Assembly (NCBI GenBank): GCA_026770705.1
Contig: JANJGN010000010.1
Span: 122,698,001-122,762,000 of the forward strand
Direction of reading: 5' to 3'
Origin: Isurus oxyrinchus
Taxonomy: Eukaryota
Length of the DNA stretch: 64,000 nucleotides
Part shown: one piece after another, positions 1 through 12,281 of the stretch
How positions within the stretch are numbered: position 1 is the first letter of the stretch
Layout: each line of letters begins with the position of its first letter
The notes under the pieces: generated by a model
Seen by the model: only the letters and a program-made list of their open reading frames with translations
Told to the model about the DNA's origin: nothing
The model's database searches: none
Program-made: the position numbers and the translations under genes

Positions 1-308
1 GAATCAGACATTGTGTAATATTCATGGTGCTTATTGATACTGATATGGCAGGCACGCAGCCGGCACTACTCACACTTCCCATTGGCTAAACAGAAGTACA
101 CACAGAATACTCATATTCATTTCATAATTCACTCAATAAAGTAAAAAAAGTTCTGTATTAAACATTATCACAGCAACAAACGCAATCTCACATTCCAGGA
201 GATACGTGCAATCTGCTTGAATTACTTTGGTTTTGGAAGGCATTTGATCACTTCAACAGAGCAGTTTTTATTTACACCTCCTTCAGCATCTACATAGCAA
301 AAGTGAAT

Positions 309-464
309 TGTCAGTCTCCAGAACTGTTTGTTCTGTCCATTTCTAGAACTGTTTGTTCTGTCAGTTTTTAGAACTGTTTGATCTGTCAGTTTCTAGAATG
401 GGTTGTTGTGTCAGTTTCTAGAATCGTTTGTCCTGTCTGTTTCTAAAACCGGTTTATTCTGTCC
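309..464. repeat. ~25-bp minisatellite, about 6 degenerate units (AGAACTGTTTGTTCTGTCAGTTTCT)
   Basis: Tandem units are directly visible. Confidence 0.85.
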
Positions 465-1499
465 GAGCTGAACAGTCACTGAAACAGAGAGTTTGGACCC
501 AAAGCAAGGCTTATACATTTACACTTATTTCCTGTGTAAACTGAAGCAACACATTTTCTTTTTATTTCAAGGGAGTTGCTATGGGGTTAAGTTGCTGATT
601 CAACATCAAGTGTGGGAGTCTGAATAGTTTGAGGGTGAAGCATTCCCAGTGAACTAAGAGGTTTTGGTTGTAATGCTGTGAATTAATCTGTGCAAGGAAA
701 TCAAATATGTTCCAGAAGTTTGAGTTTTCTGGATTCCTCATTCACCGGAAAGTTCCAAAATGATTTTGGTAACATGAGAATTTACATCAGTTAAAATTCC
801 CCATTGCTAAGTGCAAGTAGAATTAAGTTCCCCAACATTGCCACACAACCCCAGATGTGTTAAAGGAAGATAGGAGCATAGCAAAGTAGATATCATGCTT
901 GGGATAGAGGACAGATTATTGAAATAACTCGAATGAGCACATTTCTTGCAACTGCCAAGAAATCTTAGTAGTCATTTGACCAATCAAGCCTGCTCTGCCC
1001 TATCTTTGGAACATTGCAGACTCAATTCTCCTACTAATACATCTACATGCATTCAAATAGTAGCCTGGAATTTCCATTAGTTGCATTGTGTTTCCCCAGG
1101 CAATTTACCCAAACTTGTGCAAAGACCGGAGAATTTCTGGCTCAAATTACATCCAGAGCAAATCAAGTTTCTGCACTCTTTTGCGTTAGTTTAAAAGGCA
1201 TAGCACTGGAAGCTGGCCCTGCCACAAAACTGGCCATGCCCAAGATTGAATTAATTACCTTTGCCAGTTTCAGCTAACTGGGCCCATAGGTCTTTGAAGA
1301 GGCTCCTAAGGGCATTAATAGTTATGTTTTGAAGAAACTGACTACTCTACACCAATGCAACTGGTTCCGAATGGTTTTTAAAGTCATTCTTAGTTATTTA
1401 AAATCAGGTTATTCACAGCCAGCAGACTAGAAACTCTGAATATAAATTCTTATTTTTGTGATAAACCCATTTTCAGCTGTATTAATTAAACTGCACTCA

Positions 1500-1810
1500 G
1501 TCACCACTCCTAAATCCCTCACCTTTCCCTATCTCTGTAACCATCCCCAGCCCTGCAACCACCAGGATCTGTGTCGCTCTGACTTGGCCTTTTGTGTATC
1601 TCTTGTTCTTTTCACTCCATTACTGATAGCAATGCCTTGGCTCTAGAATCCTCTCTCTTAGCCCTTCCATTTCTCTCCTCAATAAGAACCTTGTTAAAAC
1701 CCACCCTTACGCTTTTGATCATCCTTTCCAATATCTCCTTCCTTGGTTTGATATGCACTTTTCTTTATAAGCCCTCGATGGAATGCCTTCGGACATTTTT
1801 CTTCACGTAA
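1500..1810 (+). mobile_element. Degraded L2-type LINE 3' fragment
   Basis: Resembles the L2 3' region at 25260-25522 (CTTAAAACC..CTTT, AATATCTCCTT, ..TTCACGTAA); heavily diverged. Confidence 0.45.
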
Positions 1811-1837
1811 TGGCTTGTGGGGCATTCAGAAAGTAAC

Positions 1838-2098
1838 TGTGGTAAAGTGAGGTACCCTGTTGTTTTAAGAGAATGCTAGTGCATTGATCATGTGACAACA
1901 CTGACGATTCATTGTACAGCGCGGGTGATTGGGAACTGTAAGTCTGGTTTTCAAGGTTTCTGAGTGAGCACCTATGTTCTAAGTCTCAATACTGTTTATT
2001 CTTACAGCAGTCTCCCCCCTTATTGATTGCAAGCAACATAGGAAGGTGTGCAGTTAGCGTTCGGTTGGCCAATGGACTCATTTACCCAAGACATAAAA
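1838..2098 (+). repeat. 5' LTR
   Basis: Aligns by eye with 4874-5170, with many substitutions and indels. Confidence 0.88.
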
Positions 2099-2529
2099 GT
2101 AGCGACAAGGATAAAAACATTGCAAGAACCCTGGTGAGTCCAGAAGATGGGTGAGCAAAGCTTTGGAAAGAGCATCTGTACTTTCACAGTAAAATAGGTG
2201 ACAGCCGGCAATTGGAGCAGAAAACAGTGCTGCTGTTTAAAATGTTTTTAAAACCCTGTAGAATTGCGATCATGGGGATACCGCCAAAACTCAAAAAGAG
2301 CACGAAACCCAGCAGAGAAAAGCCGACAGCTGCAGAGACAGAGTTAAAAAATAAACGGTGCCTGCTCTTAAAGCGGCATTACATTTAAATGGGTAAATAC
2401 ATGAAAAATGGCTATGGACAGAAAATCATAGGAGACCCTAGAGAGAATGCGACTCTGTGGTAAGCCAAACACCTAAACTTGTCATTACCTGGAAAGCCTA
2501 TTGGAAGCACAATCCACTTGCAGTCGTTC

Positions 2530-3945
2530 ACGATGCCGCAGTTCGGGTGTGTCGATCCATTCAGCCCCTTATCAGATGACTGATCTCAGTATGTCAAACA
2601 CCTGGCATTCTTTTTTACTGCTAACGACATTGTGGGGCAGGAGAAGAAGAGGCCGATTCTTTTGTCTTCAAGCGGGAGCAAAACATACGGGCTGATCCGC
2701 AGCCTTACGTCACCTAGTGCCCCAAACTCGAAGATTTTCAACGAGTTAATAAAATTTGTACAGAGCCACCTGAAACCAAAACCCTCAGTTACTATGCAGC
2801 GCTTCAAGTTCAATTTAATTCTGGAGGAGACAACAGCTGATTTTGTGGCCATTTTAAAGGCATTAACTGAGAATTGCGAATTCGGAACATCCATTAATGA
2901 TATGTTGAGAAACTGGCTGATATGCGGGATTGGAGATGATACTATCCAGAGGCGTTTGCTAACCAAACCTAGTCTAGATTTCAACAAGGCATTAGAATTA
3001 GCTACCACGATGGAGAGTGCTTTTAGAAATTCCAAAGTTATAAAAGAGACACAAAAATGGAGCCGTCCATCTGGTCGAGCTGGACAATCCGGCAACAAAA
3101 GTTGCGAAAACTTCAGACTCCTCGGAAAGGCAGGAAGCGCTCTCTAGCTCCAGACCATTGAAAAACAACAGTACTGCAGTGAAAACCCACAAAATGAATG
3201 AGAGAAATACATCCAGGCCTTCAGTGAGCAAACGACAACTCAAACAAGTCGCGTGCTTTTTCTGTCATGGCTACAACATAAGGCGGCGCTGCAGAGAAAG
3301 GCTAAAACAACACTATAAAGGCAGAAGGAAAAATTGTGAAATATGCCTCATGGAAGAACCAGAAAAAATAGAATCAGACGTCCATTCATTGTACAACCTC
3401 AAAATGGGTAGAACCAAGCCAATCCAAGTAGTCATTGTAGTTAACGGACAGCCCATTAAAAGTAAGTTGATATGGGACCGTTGATCTCCATCACTGGACA
3501 GTATAGGTTTAGATATCTGAGTAAAGGAACCCATCCTTTGAAGTTAGAAGTTTCGGACACAAAGCTAAGGACAAAAAAGCAAAGAACTGCGGCTGCTGGA
3601 AATCCAAAACAAAAACAAAAATAAAAATACCTGGAAAAACTCAGCAGGTCTGACAGCATCTGCGGAGAGGAACACAGTTAACGTTTCAAGTCCGCATGAC
3701 TCTTCAACAGAACACTGTTGAAGAGTCATACGGACTTGAAACATTAACTGTATTCCTCTCCGCAGATGCTGTCAGACCTGCTGAGTTTTTCCTGGTATTT
3801 TTATTATTGTTTTTGTTAAGCTGAGGACATACGTGGGTGAAGAAATCAATGTGAAAGGGAAATGTCAAGTCAAGGTGCAGTATGAGGAACAGTCTGCAAA
3901 ATTACCTCTATTTATAATGTCAGGCAGGGGACTGGCTGGGAGAGA
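2530..3945 (+). pseudogene. Disrupted Gypsy gag and aspartic protease
   Basis: Gag-like PKPSVTMQRFKF..LRNWLICGIGDDTIQRRLL..KALELATTME. Protease-region KPIQVVIVVNGQPIK and KLRTYVGEEINVKGKCQVKVQY..KLPLFIMSGRG. Frameshifts plus a Penelope insertion. Confidence 0.8.
3574..3817. mobile_element. Penelope-derived inverted (hairpin) terminal insertion
   Basis: Arms ~3610-3711 and ~3716-3815 are reverse complements and match the Penelope 3' end at 63305-63441. TSD AAGCT(A/G)AGGACA at 3562-3573 and 3818-3829. Confidence 0.88.
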
Positions 3946-3959
3946 TAAATCTTGAGGGC

Positions 3960-4808
3960 ATGCTAAGTTCCCAATTTGAAACCAGAAGTGTTGCTACAAG
4001 AAAAAATGAGTATGCAAAGACCCAATGGGAGAAGCCCGTAGAAGTGTTACACCAGGACAGAGTTCAAGCTGAAGTCAGCATCCTTCAAAAGAAAATGAAA
4101 AATCTATTAAAGGACTTTCATGCACTACAAAATTCAATCAGCTCCCAATGTGTGCCACGAAAAATATGTGAAGAAGAAAAGGAAGAGTTGAGCCTGTCTC
4201 TGGCCGAGTTAAAGAATGAATTAGCTGAAAAGGGACAACAATATGCAATTCCCCAGGAAACTAATAATAAGAATAGGAAAGAATTGGAACAGCTGAAGCA
4301 GCAGCTGCATAAAAGCCTTGAAGTTTTAAAGCTAGAAGGCCCTGAATTCTTAGAAGAGCTGTCAGAAAACCCAGCTACTGAGCTCATACACGTTCAGCTC
4401 ACACCTGAGACTAGTCCAGCCAACAGTAAAATTAAAGAGAAGACAGATACAGGTCAATGCTCCCAAGAAAAGGACACACAGGAAGAAAAAGAAAAAATTA
4501 TTGGCAGTCCTCGGAAAGAAAATCAAAAAGATTTTTTTCTTTCTCCTCTTTCTCCTCATACATCATCACATCATGTAGCTCACCACTGTATTGCTTTGTG
4601 CTTGTTGCCCTTTATCTGTTTCAGCTTGGATGGGAGGGGCAGCAGGAGTGAACATGACTGCACCCAGAAGATGCTGAAATCATCCACTGAGGGACATCGT
4701 GAGCAACTGTCCCTGGAAAGGTGGTCTCGGAAACACCAGTCAAGGTTGTTGGGCTACGACGCTCAATCCGACAAAGGAGGCCTCCTGAGAGTCTTGACAT
4801 GTAAATAG
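3960..4808 (+). CDS. 282-aa ORF inside the LTR element; N-terminal half is a coiled coil resembling UACA/RAI14/ANKRD24-family repeats
   Basis: Open frame from the ORF track, E/K/L heptads, motif ISSQCVPRKICEEEKEELSLSLAELKNEL. Expression unknown. Confidence 0.5.
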   Translation: MLSSQFETRSVATRKNEYAKTQWEKPVEVLHQDRVQAEVSILQKKMKNLLKDFHALQNSISSQCVPRKICEEEKEELSLSLAELKNELAEKGQQYAIPQETNNKNRKELEQLKQQLHKSLEVLKLEGPEFLEELSENPATELIHVQLTPETSPANSKIKEKTDTGQCSQEKDTQEEKEKIIGSPRKENQKDFFLSPLSPHTSSHHVAHHCIALCLLPFICFSLDGRGSRSEHDCTQKMLKSSTEGHREQLSLERWSRKHQSRLLGYDAQSDKGGLLRVLTCK

Positions 4809-4873
4809 TTATTGTGTAAATAGTTAATGTGTTTTAAGCTTGTTAGCTGTACTTTTAAGTAAAGGGGGAGGGA

Positions 4874-5170
4874 TGTGGTAAAGTGAGGTATCCTGTCCCT
4901 TTAAGAGACTGCAAGTGTACTGATCATGCGACAGCACTGATGAATCACTGTATAGCGCGGGTAACTGGGGACTATCTAATTCTAGTTCTGGAGGTTTCTG
5001 AGTGAGCATGTATGATCTGGTGCTCTGTTCTATGTCTCAATAAACCATCACTGTTTATTCTTACGTCAGTCTCTCCCCGTTATTCACTGTAAACAGCAAC
5101 TGGGGAGAACATAGGAAGCCGTGCAGTTAGTGTTCAGTTGGCTAACGAACTCATTTACCCAAGACATACA
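4874..5170 (+). repeat. 3' LTR
   Basis: TG...CA ends, preceded by a PPT, contains AATAAA near 5039. Confidence 0.88.
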
Positions 5171-5819
5171 AGTAACAATAATCTTCCTGTATTGTAAAGT
5201 GGCTTCTAATTTCTTCTGACATCTGAAAACCTTCTTTAAGAAGCCAATTTAAGAAGTATCTGTGCTTTGTTTATGCTTGTGGTTGGCCCAAATATGTCAT
5301 TACCTGGCACTGAAGAGAACAGGCTTTGTCCCTGAGGTGTCATCCTTGTGCAGTACCTTCCCCTGAAAATATGGGTGGACAGCTGAATACCATAAAATAA
5401 ATTATTTGTGCATGGAACTAGGTATTTACCTACATGATGCCTTTCTGCTGCTCTCAAACCAACCGATGGTTCAACGAATGAAGACCCCTGGATTATGAAC
5501 AGAGGCAGAATGACCATGGGGTTGCCATGAATCATTGCATATTCTCATGGAAAACCAGCTACGCAGCTGCACTCTAACAGATTAGGGATGGGCAATAAAT
5601 GCTGGCCTAGCCAGCAATGCCCACATCCCACAAGTAAAAAAAAGATTCTCATTGTGGCTGCTGCTGGTCAGTGGTGGTATGAACAAAATCATTTCCCCTC
5701 TTGAGTAAGCATCAGCACTTCCTTTTGCATCTGTAGACAGCAAACTACATAACACTGCAGATGCATGACTTCCCCTTTATAAATCCACACTGGATCTCTC
5801 TGTTCAGCTGAAAATTCCA

Positions 5820-6290
5820 AGGTATTCAGTCACCTTTATCCTTAATTGTAGACACGAGTGACTTCTTGACAAGTGTTAGGCTAGCTGGTCTATAATTCCC
5901 TGGTTTCCCTCTTTATCCTTTCTTAAATATGGGCATGACATGCCCAATTTTCCAATCTAAAGAAATAGTTCCCAAATCAAGAACTGTTGGAAGATTAACC
6001 ATTTGAAATATCTGCAGTGATTTCACCTGCTTAGGTTCAACTCCTGGACTGGAAACATTTGGTCCTGGGGATTTATCACTCTTTCATGCCATTACTTTCT
6101 TCATTACTGTTATTTTGCTTGTGTTAAATTTGGTGAGTCCCTGATTCAATTATAGTTTCCTTGGGAAATCTGACATGCTGACTTCTTTCCGACTGTAAAT
6201 ACTGATGCAAGTAAGTATTCAGCATTGCTGCCATTTCTTTACTTTCATTGACAATGTCATTGTTATCAGCCACTTATCACTTGGAGAAGT
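5820..6290 (-). mobile_element. Degraded CR1 LINE ORF2 fragment
   Basis: The reverse complement resembles the CR1 'SPGPD' and 'FKKG..KPGNYRP.SLT' regions. Confidence 0.65.
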
Positions 6291-6669
6291 TGGAGAGCCC
6301 TTTCCAAGAATAAGATCCATAAAATCGATTGAAAACTTCACAGAAAAACAAGTAAATTAATTAGCTGGAATGGTTAGTGAAAAATACAAGATAGGAAAGA
6401 GCTGTAAATATAAAATTTATTTAGAAAGCATAGTTTAGTTTATAGACCATGACCTTTTATTGTTTTCTCCATTGAGCAGATAGGTTGAATTTCTATTACT
6501 TAATTTTCTCTCAGCTGAATTTTTCAATCTTGTACAATATCGATACAAATTAAGCAGAGCAATTGTTACAACACTTTCCTTGGGGGCACATGTTTAGTTG
6601 CCTCCAGCCTAAAGGATATGACTATTAACTCTCTGTTTTCTATCCTTTAATCATCTTCCAAGAAACATA

Positions 6670-9025
6670 AACCCTCATTTTAACCCAATCCTCCTTTCAT
6701 TGTTTAAATGGCCGGGGCTAAGTGATGGCGGGGGAGGGGAAAGGGGTTGTTGCATGGTCGTGCCCCATTCCTGACCCACACTTTTAATTGGCGGGATTCC
6801 GGCACCGTGGAGACTGCCTGCTCCAGGCAGTCATGGCGTCCAATTAACATGGGAAAATCAGGACCTGCCCACATCAATGGTGCCACAATGTAAATTCAGT
6901 TTTGCAATTGGGAGACTCAAGCGGCGATCTTACAGCAATCCAGCAGATTGCTAGGAATGCAGAGGCAAAACTCTGTGGCAGTGGCAGTAGCTCCAAGCAG
7001 CACAAACCTGCTGTCCTCTCTCGGCGAGACAGCATTCATGCTCCTATCACTGGCACTCTGCCATGTAGTGCCCTTGGTATTGCCTCTCAGCCAACAAAGC
7101 CTGACTGCTGCTACCCATGCCGAGGTCAAGCTGCCTGGGGGCATCCTGCAAAGCCATCTGCAGTCTCCCCCACTGATAGTCAGCAGCCTTCCACCAGTGA
7201 AGCTGCAGCTATTGGGGTAATATGTGGAGGAGCACGAGGCCAGCCAATGCGCCCACAAGACAGGCACCAAAGTATAAGGGTCATTAGTTGGTTTCCATAT
7301 GAATATTGGATAGTTTGTTGACAAAGTTAGTTTGAAATGGTTATTTTGTGGTCACTTTTAGTCCAGCATTGCGGATAAGAAGGTGATTGCCTGTAACAAA
7401 GGCAGGGAGTGAGGGGGTGAGGTATGTGACTAATTGACAATGGAGATTTGGGGTCATGTTCAGTAGAAACCTAGTCAAATGATATGATCCTGGACACAGT
7501 CTGCCAAGAAAGTAGATCTGGTCGCCTCCTCGCTCTCCTTCCTCCTCCTCCTCCTCCTGCTTCTGAACTGCTCAATGTATCCTTGGTGGTAAGGGCCTCC
7601 TGGTGATCAGATTGTGGATAACACTGCAGGACCACTACAAACAAGGCACCCATTCCAGCAAGCACTGCAGGGCTCCTCAAGAGAGGCCCAGGCAGCAGCA
7701 GCATTGTTTAGCACCCCAAGGGTCTGCTCAGTGATGTTTCTAACGGCAGCATGGCTTCAGCGTATGCACACTGGCCACCTGTGGTGGTGTTACAGATTGG
7801 GTCATGAACCAGGTTTAAATGGATAGCCCTCATCTCCCAGCCACCATCCTCTGGTTTGACATGGTGGCTGGAAGATTTAGGGACAGCGAACTGGCACAGA
7901 ATGAAAACATCATAACTGCTGCCAGGATATCAGACATTCATCAGTATGATGTGCTGAGCATGATTACATACCAGCTACACATTCAGCAAGTAATAACCTT
8001 TGCATTTAGATGTGGCACCCACAAAGATCCATGTGTGAAGTCAACAGCACTCTTCATCATAGGGAAGTCCACTATCCTGGAAAAGGAGCGTGCATACTCC
8101 ATCTGCTTCTCTCTAGTCAGAAAACACTATTAGCTGCCCACTCCTGGCATAAATAGCATCTGCCATCTCTCTGATTCAGCAGTGGGCGGTGACATTACAG
8201 ATGTTGCTTGCTTGAGCCTGGAAGGAGCACAATGTAAAGAAGCCACAGGTGGCACTGTCTGTGCTCTGCACCAAGCTTGTCAGTTTGGTTGCACAGAGTT
8301 TTGTGAACATCTCCTTTGTAAAGCACAGGCAATGTACAGACTGCTCCTCACTTAGGTGAATGGAGGAAACATGGTCCTCAAAGACCCTAAGTTGATAAGA
8401 CCTCCTACTCAGAGCCCTCCTTCTCCTTCTCCTCCTCCTCTCTCTCTCCGAGTAGTTTGACCTCTTATTTGCTGCATCTGCTCCATCTTCTCCTCATGCT
8501 GCAGCTTCAGGGGAATAATAACGATAGTCCCCATGACTGAGAGCAACTGGTCTGACCAGAACATCTGAAGTACCACCATCTCTACGTACAGCACCATTCT
8601 CTGTCAACTTAACCAACTTTAGCCAACTCTGCAAACCACCAAGTACTTTTACAAATTCAAATATGGACAAGAGAAATTGTTCAGCAACTAACTTGCAAGT
8701 TGTTGATCATCGCCTTAAATAGAACTGGTGGGAGTGTCCTTCATGCTGCTGAACACATGGTCAGCTGTGTGTGTTCAAGAGACGGCATTTCCTGGAGCAG
8801 TGAGATTAAAAATGGCAGCACTGGCATCAAGTCAACATTACATGCTAGCCGACATCATAAGCTGCCTACTCTGCCTCCTTCCAACGCACGCTCCTAACAC
8901 CCATGCCCTCACCAAGATGGCGGTCTGTATGGACTATGTTGAAAGTGTGTGTGTCCAGCATAGATGCCATTTTGCTATCAAAACAGTACTATAACACTGA
9001 AACTGAGTGCCTAATTTTGTGGCCT
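6670..9025 (-). mobile_element. Old, degraded Harbinger (PIF) DNA transposon
   Basis: Minus-strand remnants at 7500-8600 resemble HARBI1-type transposase (RVFEDH..HLSEEQ..LCFTKEMFTKLC). GC-rich subterminal region at 6700-6900 resembles the other Harbingers. Confidence 0.65.
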
Positions 9026-9089
9026 GGGATCTCTCATACATTTTTTTTAAAACAACTTAATTAAGTTGTTTGGCTACTTTTTAAAGATT

Positions 9090-9640
9090 TGTGCACCTGA
9101 ACCCATAAGTTTCTGTGCTTCTTATGACTTTTTACCATTTATTATGTGCCTTGTCCTATTCCTCGTTCCAAAATGTATCACTTCATTTTTTGCCACATTA
9201 AATTTCAGCTGACAACTCTCTGTACAATTGGCTAACTTACAGTTGCTATCTTATTTTTGTGGCCTCTATAAATTTTGATATTGTCCCATATAAATGTAGG
9301 TCCAGAACATTTATATATGTTGAGAAATGTTCCCACACTGACCCTGGGGGACAACCGTTTACATCCTTCCAGACCAAAAAGCATTTAGTACTCACTACTT
9401 TTTGTTTTCTGTCCTTTAACCAACTAGCTATCTATGCTGCCGCATTCCTTAAATTCCTTCATTGTATTAAAATGTTTCCAATTTGGCAGTCTATCAAATG
9501 CCTTTTAAAAGTCCACATACACCAAATCCACCACATTTTCATTATTGATCAGCTACAATATTTCCCCAGAAGCTCATATTTGTCATATGCTTTGTCCTGT
9601 ACAGATTCATTATGTAACTAGTGGTTTTCAAAATGAATGT
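9090..9640 (-). mobile_element. Degraded CR1 RT fragment
   Basis: The reverse complement gives DF*KAFD and GxPQGSVWEH-like motifs. Confidence 0.55.
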
Positions 9641-9983
9641 TTTTGTACTCCATATTATGTTTCTAGAACCTTATCCCACAAACAAATAAGGTAAAGGGGA
9701 AAAAGAGATAGCAGGCAAAAAGAAAAAACATGTGAATGGCAGAAGAAGCAGATCAGCAATGAATTAAAAAGTTGTAGAAGTTGGGTAATAAGGGGCAACA
9801 GGTCATGAGACTTCTGCTGTTTCATTTGTGAGTTCAAAAATCCAACTCAAAAAATAGGCTGACATGAAGTAGTTGAATATTGCTTATTAATGCCTCCTAC
9901 GTTTCAGAACTCAAGCAAATATAATGGAAAAATATCAAATATGATCAACCTTTGAGGCTCAGCCACTGTAATGAGGATATCCT

Positions 9984-10206
9984 AGCATAGTGGCTATGTT
10001 ACTGGGCCAGTAATCCAGCAGCCTACAATAATGATCCAGAGGTATAAATTCAAATCCTACCACATCTGGAATAAAAGCTATTTTAACAGTGCCTATAAAA
10101 TCATTGGATTGTTGTGAAAACCTAACTGGCTCAATAACATTATTAGGAAAGGAAATCTGCTGTCCTTACCCAGTCTGGCTTGAAAGTGTCTCCAGACCAT
10201 AGCCAA
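9984..10206 (+). mobile_element. tRNA-derived SINE (5' part; continues at ~11350-11410 after a LINE insertion)
   Basis: A-box-like TAGTGGCTATGTTACTGG and B-box-like TTCAAATCC; homologous to 41755-42075 and to the reverse of 12440-12745. Confidence 0.7.
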
Positions 10207-10212
10207 CTTCTT

Positions 10213-11345
10213 TTTTATATTCATCCATGGGATGAATGGCAAGGCCAGCACTTGTTCTCCATTCCTATTAGTCCTTGAGAAGATGGTCATGAGCTGCATT
10301 CTTGAACTGCTTCAGTCATGTAGTGCGGGTACACCCACTGTGCTGTTTGGGAGGGAGTTCCAAGATTTTGACCCAACGACTATGAAGGAACAGTGATATA
10401 GTTCCAAGTCAGGATGGTGTGTGACTTGCAGAGGAACTTGCAGGTGGTGGTGTACCAATGCCACTGCTGCCCTTATCCTTCTACGTGAAAGATTTTGCAG
10501 ATTTGGAAGGCACTGTTGAAGGAGGCTCGGTGAGTTATTGCAGTGAATCTTGTATATGGCACACACTGTGTCAGTTGTGGAAGGAGTGGTGGATGGGATG
10601 CCAATCATACAGGTTGCTTTGTCCTGGATGGTGTTGAGCTTCTTGTTGTCAGAGCCACACCCATACAGGCAAGTGAGAGTACTCCATCACACTTATACCT
10701 TATAAATGGTGGACAGGCTTTGGGGAATCAGACAGTGAGTTACTCGCTGCAGAATTACCCAGCTTCTGACTGGCTCTGTAGCCACAGTATTTATATGGCT
10801 GGTTAAATAATATGTATGGTCAATAGCATCCCTAGGATGTTGATGATGGGTAATTCAATGATGGTAATGATTTTGAACATCAAGGGAGATTGTTAGATTC
10901 TCTCTTTTTAGAGGTAGTCATTACCTGGTATGAATGGTATTTGCCACTTATCAGCCCAAGCCAGAATGTTGTCCAGGCCTTGCTGCATGCAGCCATGGGC
11001 TGCTTCAGTATCTGAGGTGTTGCTAATGGTACTGAACATTATGCAATCATCAGTGTACATACCTACTTCTGAACTTATGTTGGACAGAAGGTCATTGATG
11101 AAGCAGCTGAAGATGTTTCGGCCTAGGACACTACCTGAGGAACTCCTACAGTGATGTCCTGGGACTGAGATGAATGTCTTCCTACAGATACAGCCATCTT
11201 CCTTTGTGCTACGTATGACTCCAACCAGAGGAGACTTTGCCCCCTGATTTCCATGGACTTCAATTTTGCTAGGACTCTTTGATGCCAAACTCGGTCAAAT
11301 TCTGCCTTGATGTCAAGGGCTGTCACTCTCACCTCACCTCTGGAA
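10213..11345 (-). mobile_element. 5'-truncated non-LTR retrotransposon (family B; CR1/Jockey-group RT)
   Basis: RT motifs VTALDIKAEFDRVWH, GVPQ, FINDL..YTDD, WADKWQ; 3' tail related to 30600-30650. Confidence 0.85.
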
Positions 11346-11610
11346 TTAGTTGACTCTCAACTGCCCTCTGAAATGACTGAGTAAGCCTGGTTGTATCAAA
11401 AGCCACTTCAAAAAATTGCAACAACTTACATTCATATAGTGCATTTAATGTAATATAACCTGCCAAGGCATTTAACAAGGGCAATATCAGTCAAAAAATG
11501 ACACCTTTTTGATACTACTATAGGCTGGAGGAGACTGCTCAAATGGAATGAAAGATCGAGGCTATGGAGGGGTTTGAAAACAAGGGTAAGGACTTTAAAA
11601 GTAAAACATT

Positions 11611-12281
11611 GGCCAGGATTTTCAGCTCAGCATGCAGGAACACGCCGGACATGCCCGAGTGTGAAATAGCACACAATGACGTCGGGATGCTCACCCAATG
11701 TCATCGCGCACTTGCATGATATTTCGGTCAGCGGACGCTCGTGAGAGTCGGCAGAGCACCAGCCGACAATTAAGAGGCCTATTAAGGCCCTTAAGTGGCT
11801 AATTAAGTAGAAGTGTCCGTTGCCTGTCCAACCTTACATTGGTGGGCAGGCAACTTTGCATTTTTTGCAAAACCTCAACTATGGGCGGGATGAGGCTTCC
11901 AACAGTGAATAAAAGTAACAATAAACTTTTTTTGAACTAATTTTTCACATGTCCCTCTTCATGAGACTGAGTCACGTGTGGGAACATGTTTATATTATTT
12001 GTAAAATATTTATTTTTCATTTTGAAATTCTTCAGCTCTGTGCCTTCGGGAAACTTTCATTGCGCGCTCCCCCCGCGCATGCACAAACCTCAGAGCTCAG
12101 GTTCCTCCCGCCCCCACCCCGGCAGCACTGAGGCTCTTAGCGCACATGTCACGCTGGCTGGCTGTTAATTGGACAGCCACCGTGAAATTGCAGTCGGGTC
12201 CTGATCGCGGGTGGTGAACCGTTTCGTGGCTGCTCCCGGGCCCGCCCACCGTGCGCGTCCAACAAGGGGAAAATTCTGCCC
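11611..12281. mobile_element. Harbinger-family MITE
   Basis: TIRs GGCCAGGATTTTC / GAAAATTCTGCCC; 3-bp TSD ATT; CpG-rich subterminal motifs shared with the autonomous copies. Confidence 0.88.

Larger units (their letters stand above)
1838..5170 (+). mobile_element. Non-autonomous Gypsy (K02A2.6-like) LTR retrotransposon with both LTRs
   Basis: Direct repeats 1838-2098 and 4874-5170 both start TGTGGTAAAGTGAGG and end ..TTTACCCAAGACATA(A/C)A. Flanking duplication AGTAAC (1832-1837, 5171-5176). PBS-like GTAGCGACAAGGAT after the 5' LTR. Polypurine tract AAAGGGGGAGGGA at 4861-4873. Confidence 0.9.

Noticed and set aside
309-464. Regularly spaced repeats as a CRISPR array
   Set aside because: No unique spacers, no cas genes, eukaryotic context; it is a simple tandem repeat.
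9984-10060. Functional tRNA gene
   Set aside because: Degenerate A/B boxes, no convincing cloverleaf, and it continues into a SINE body.
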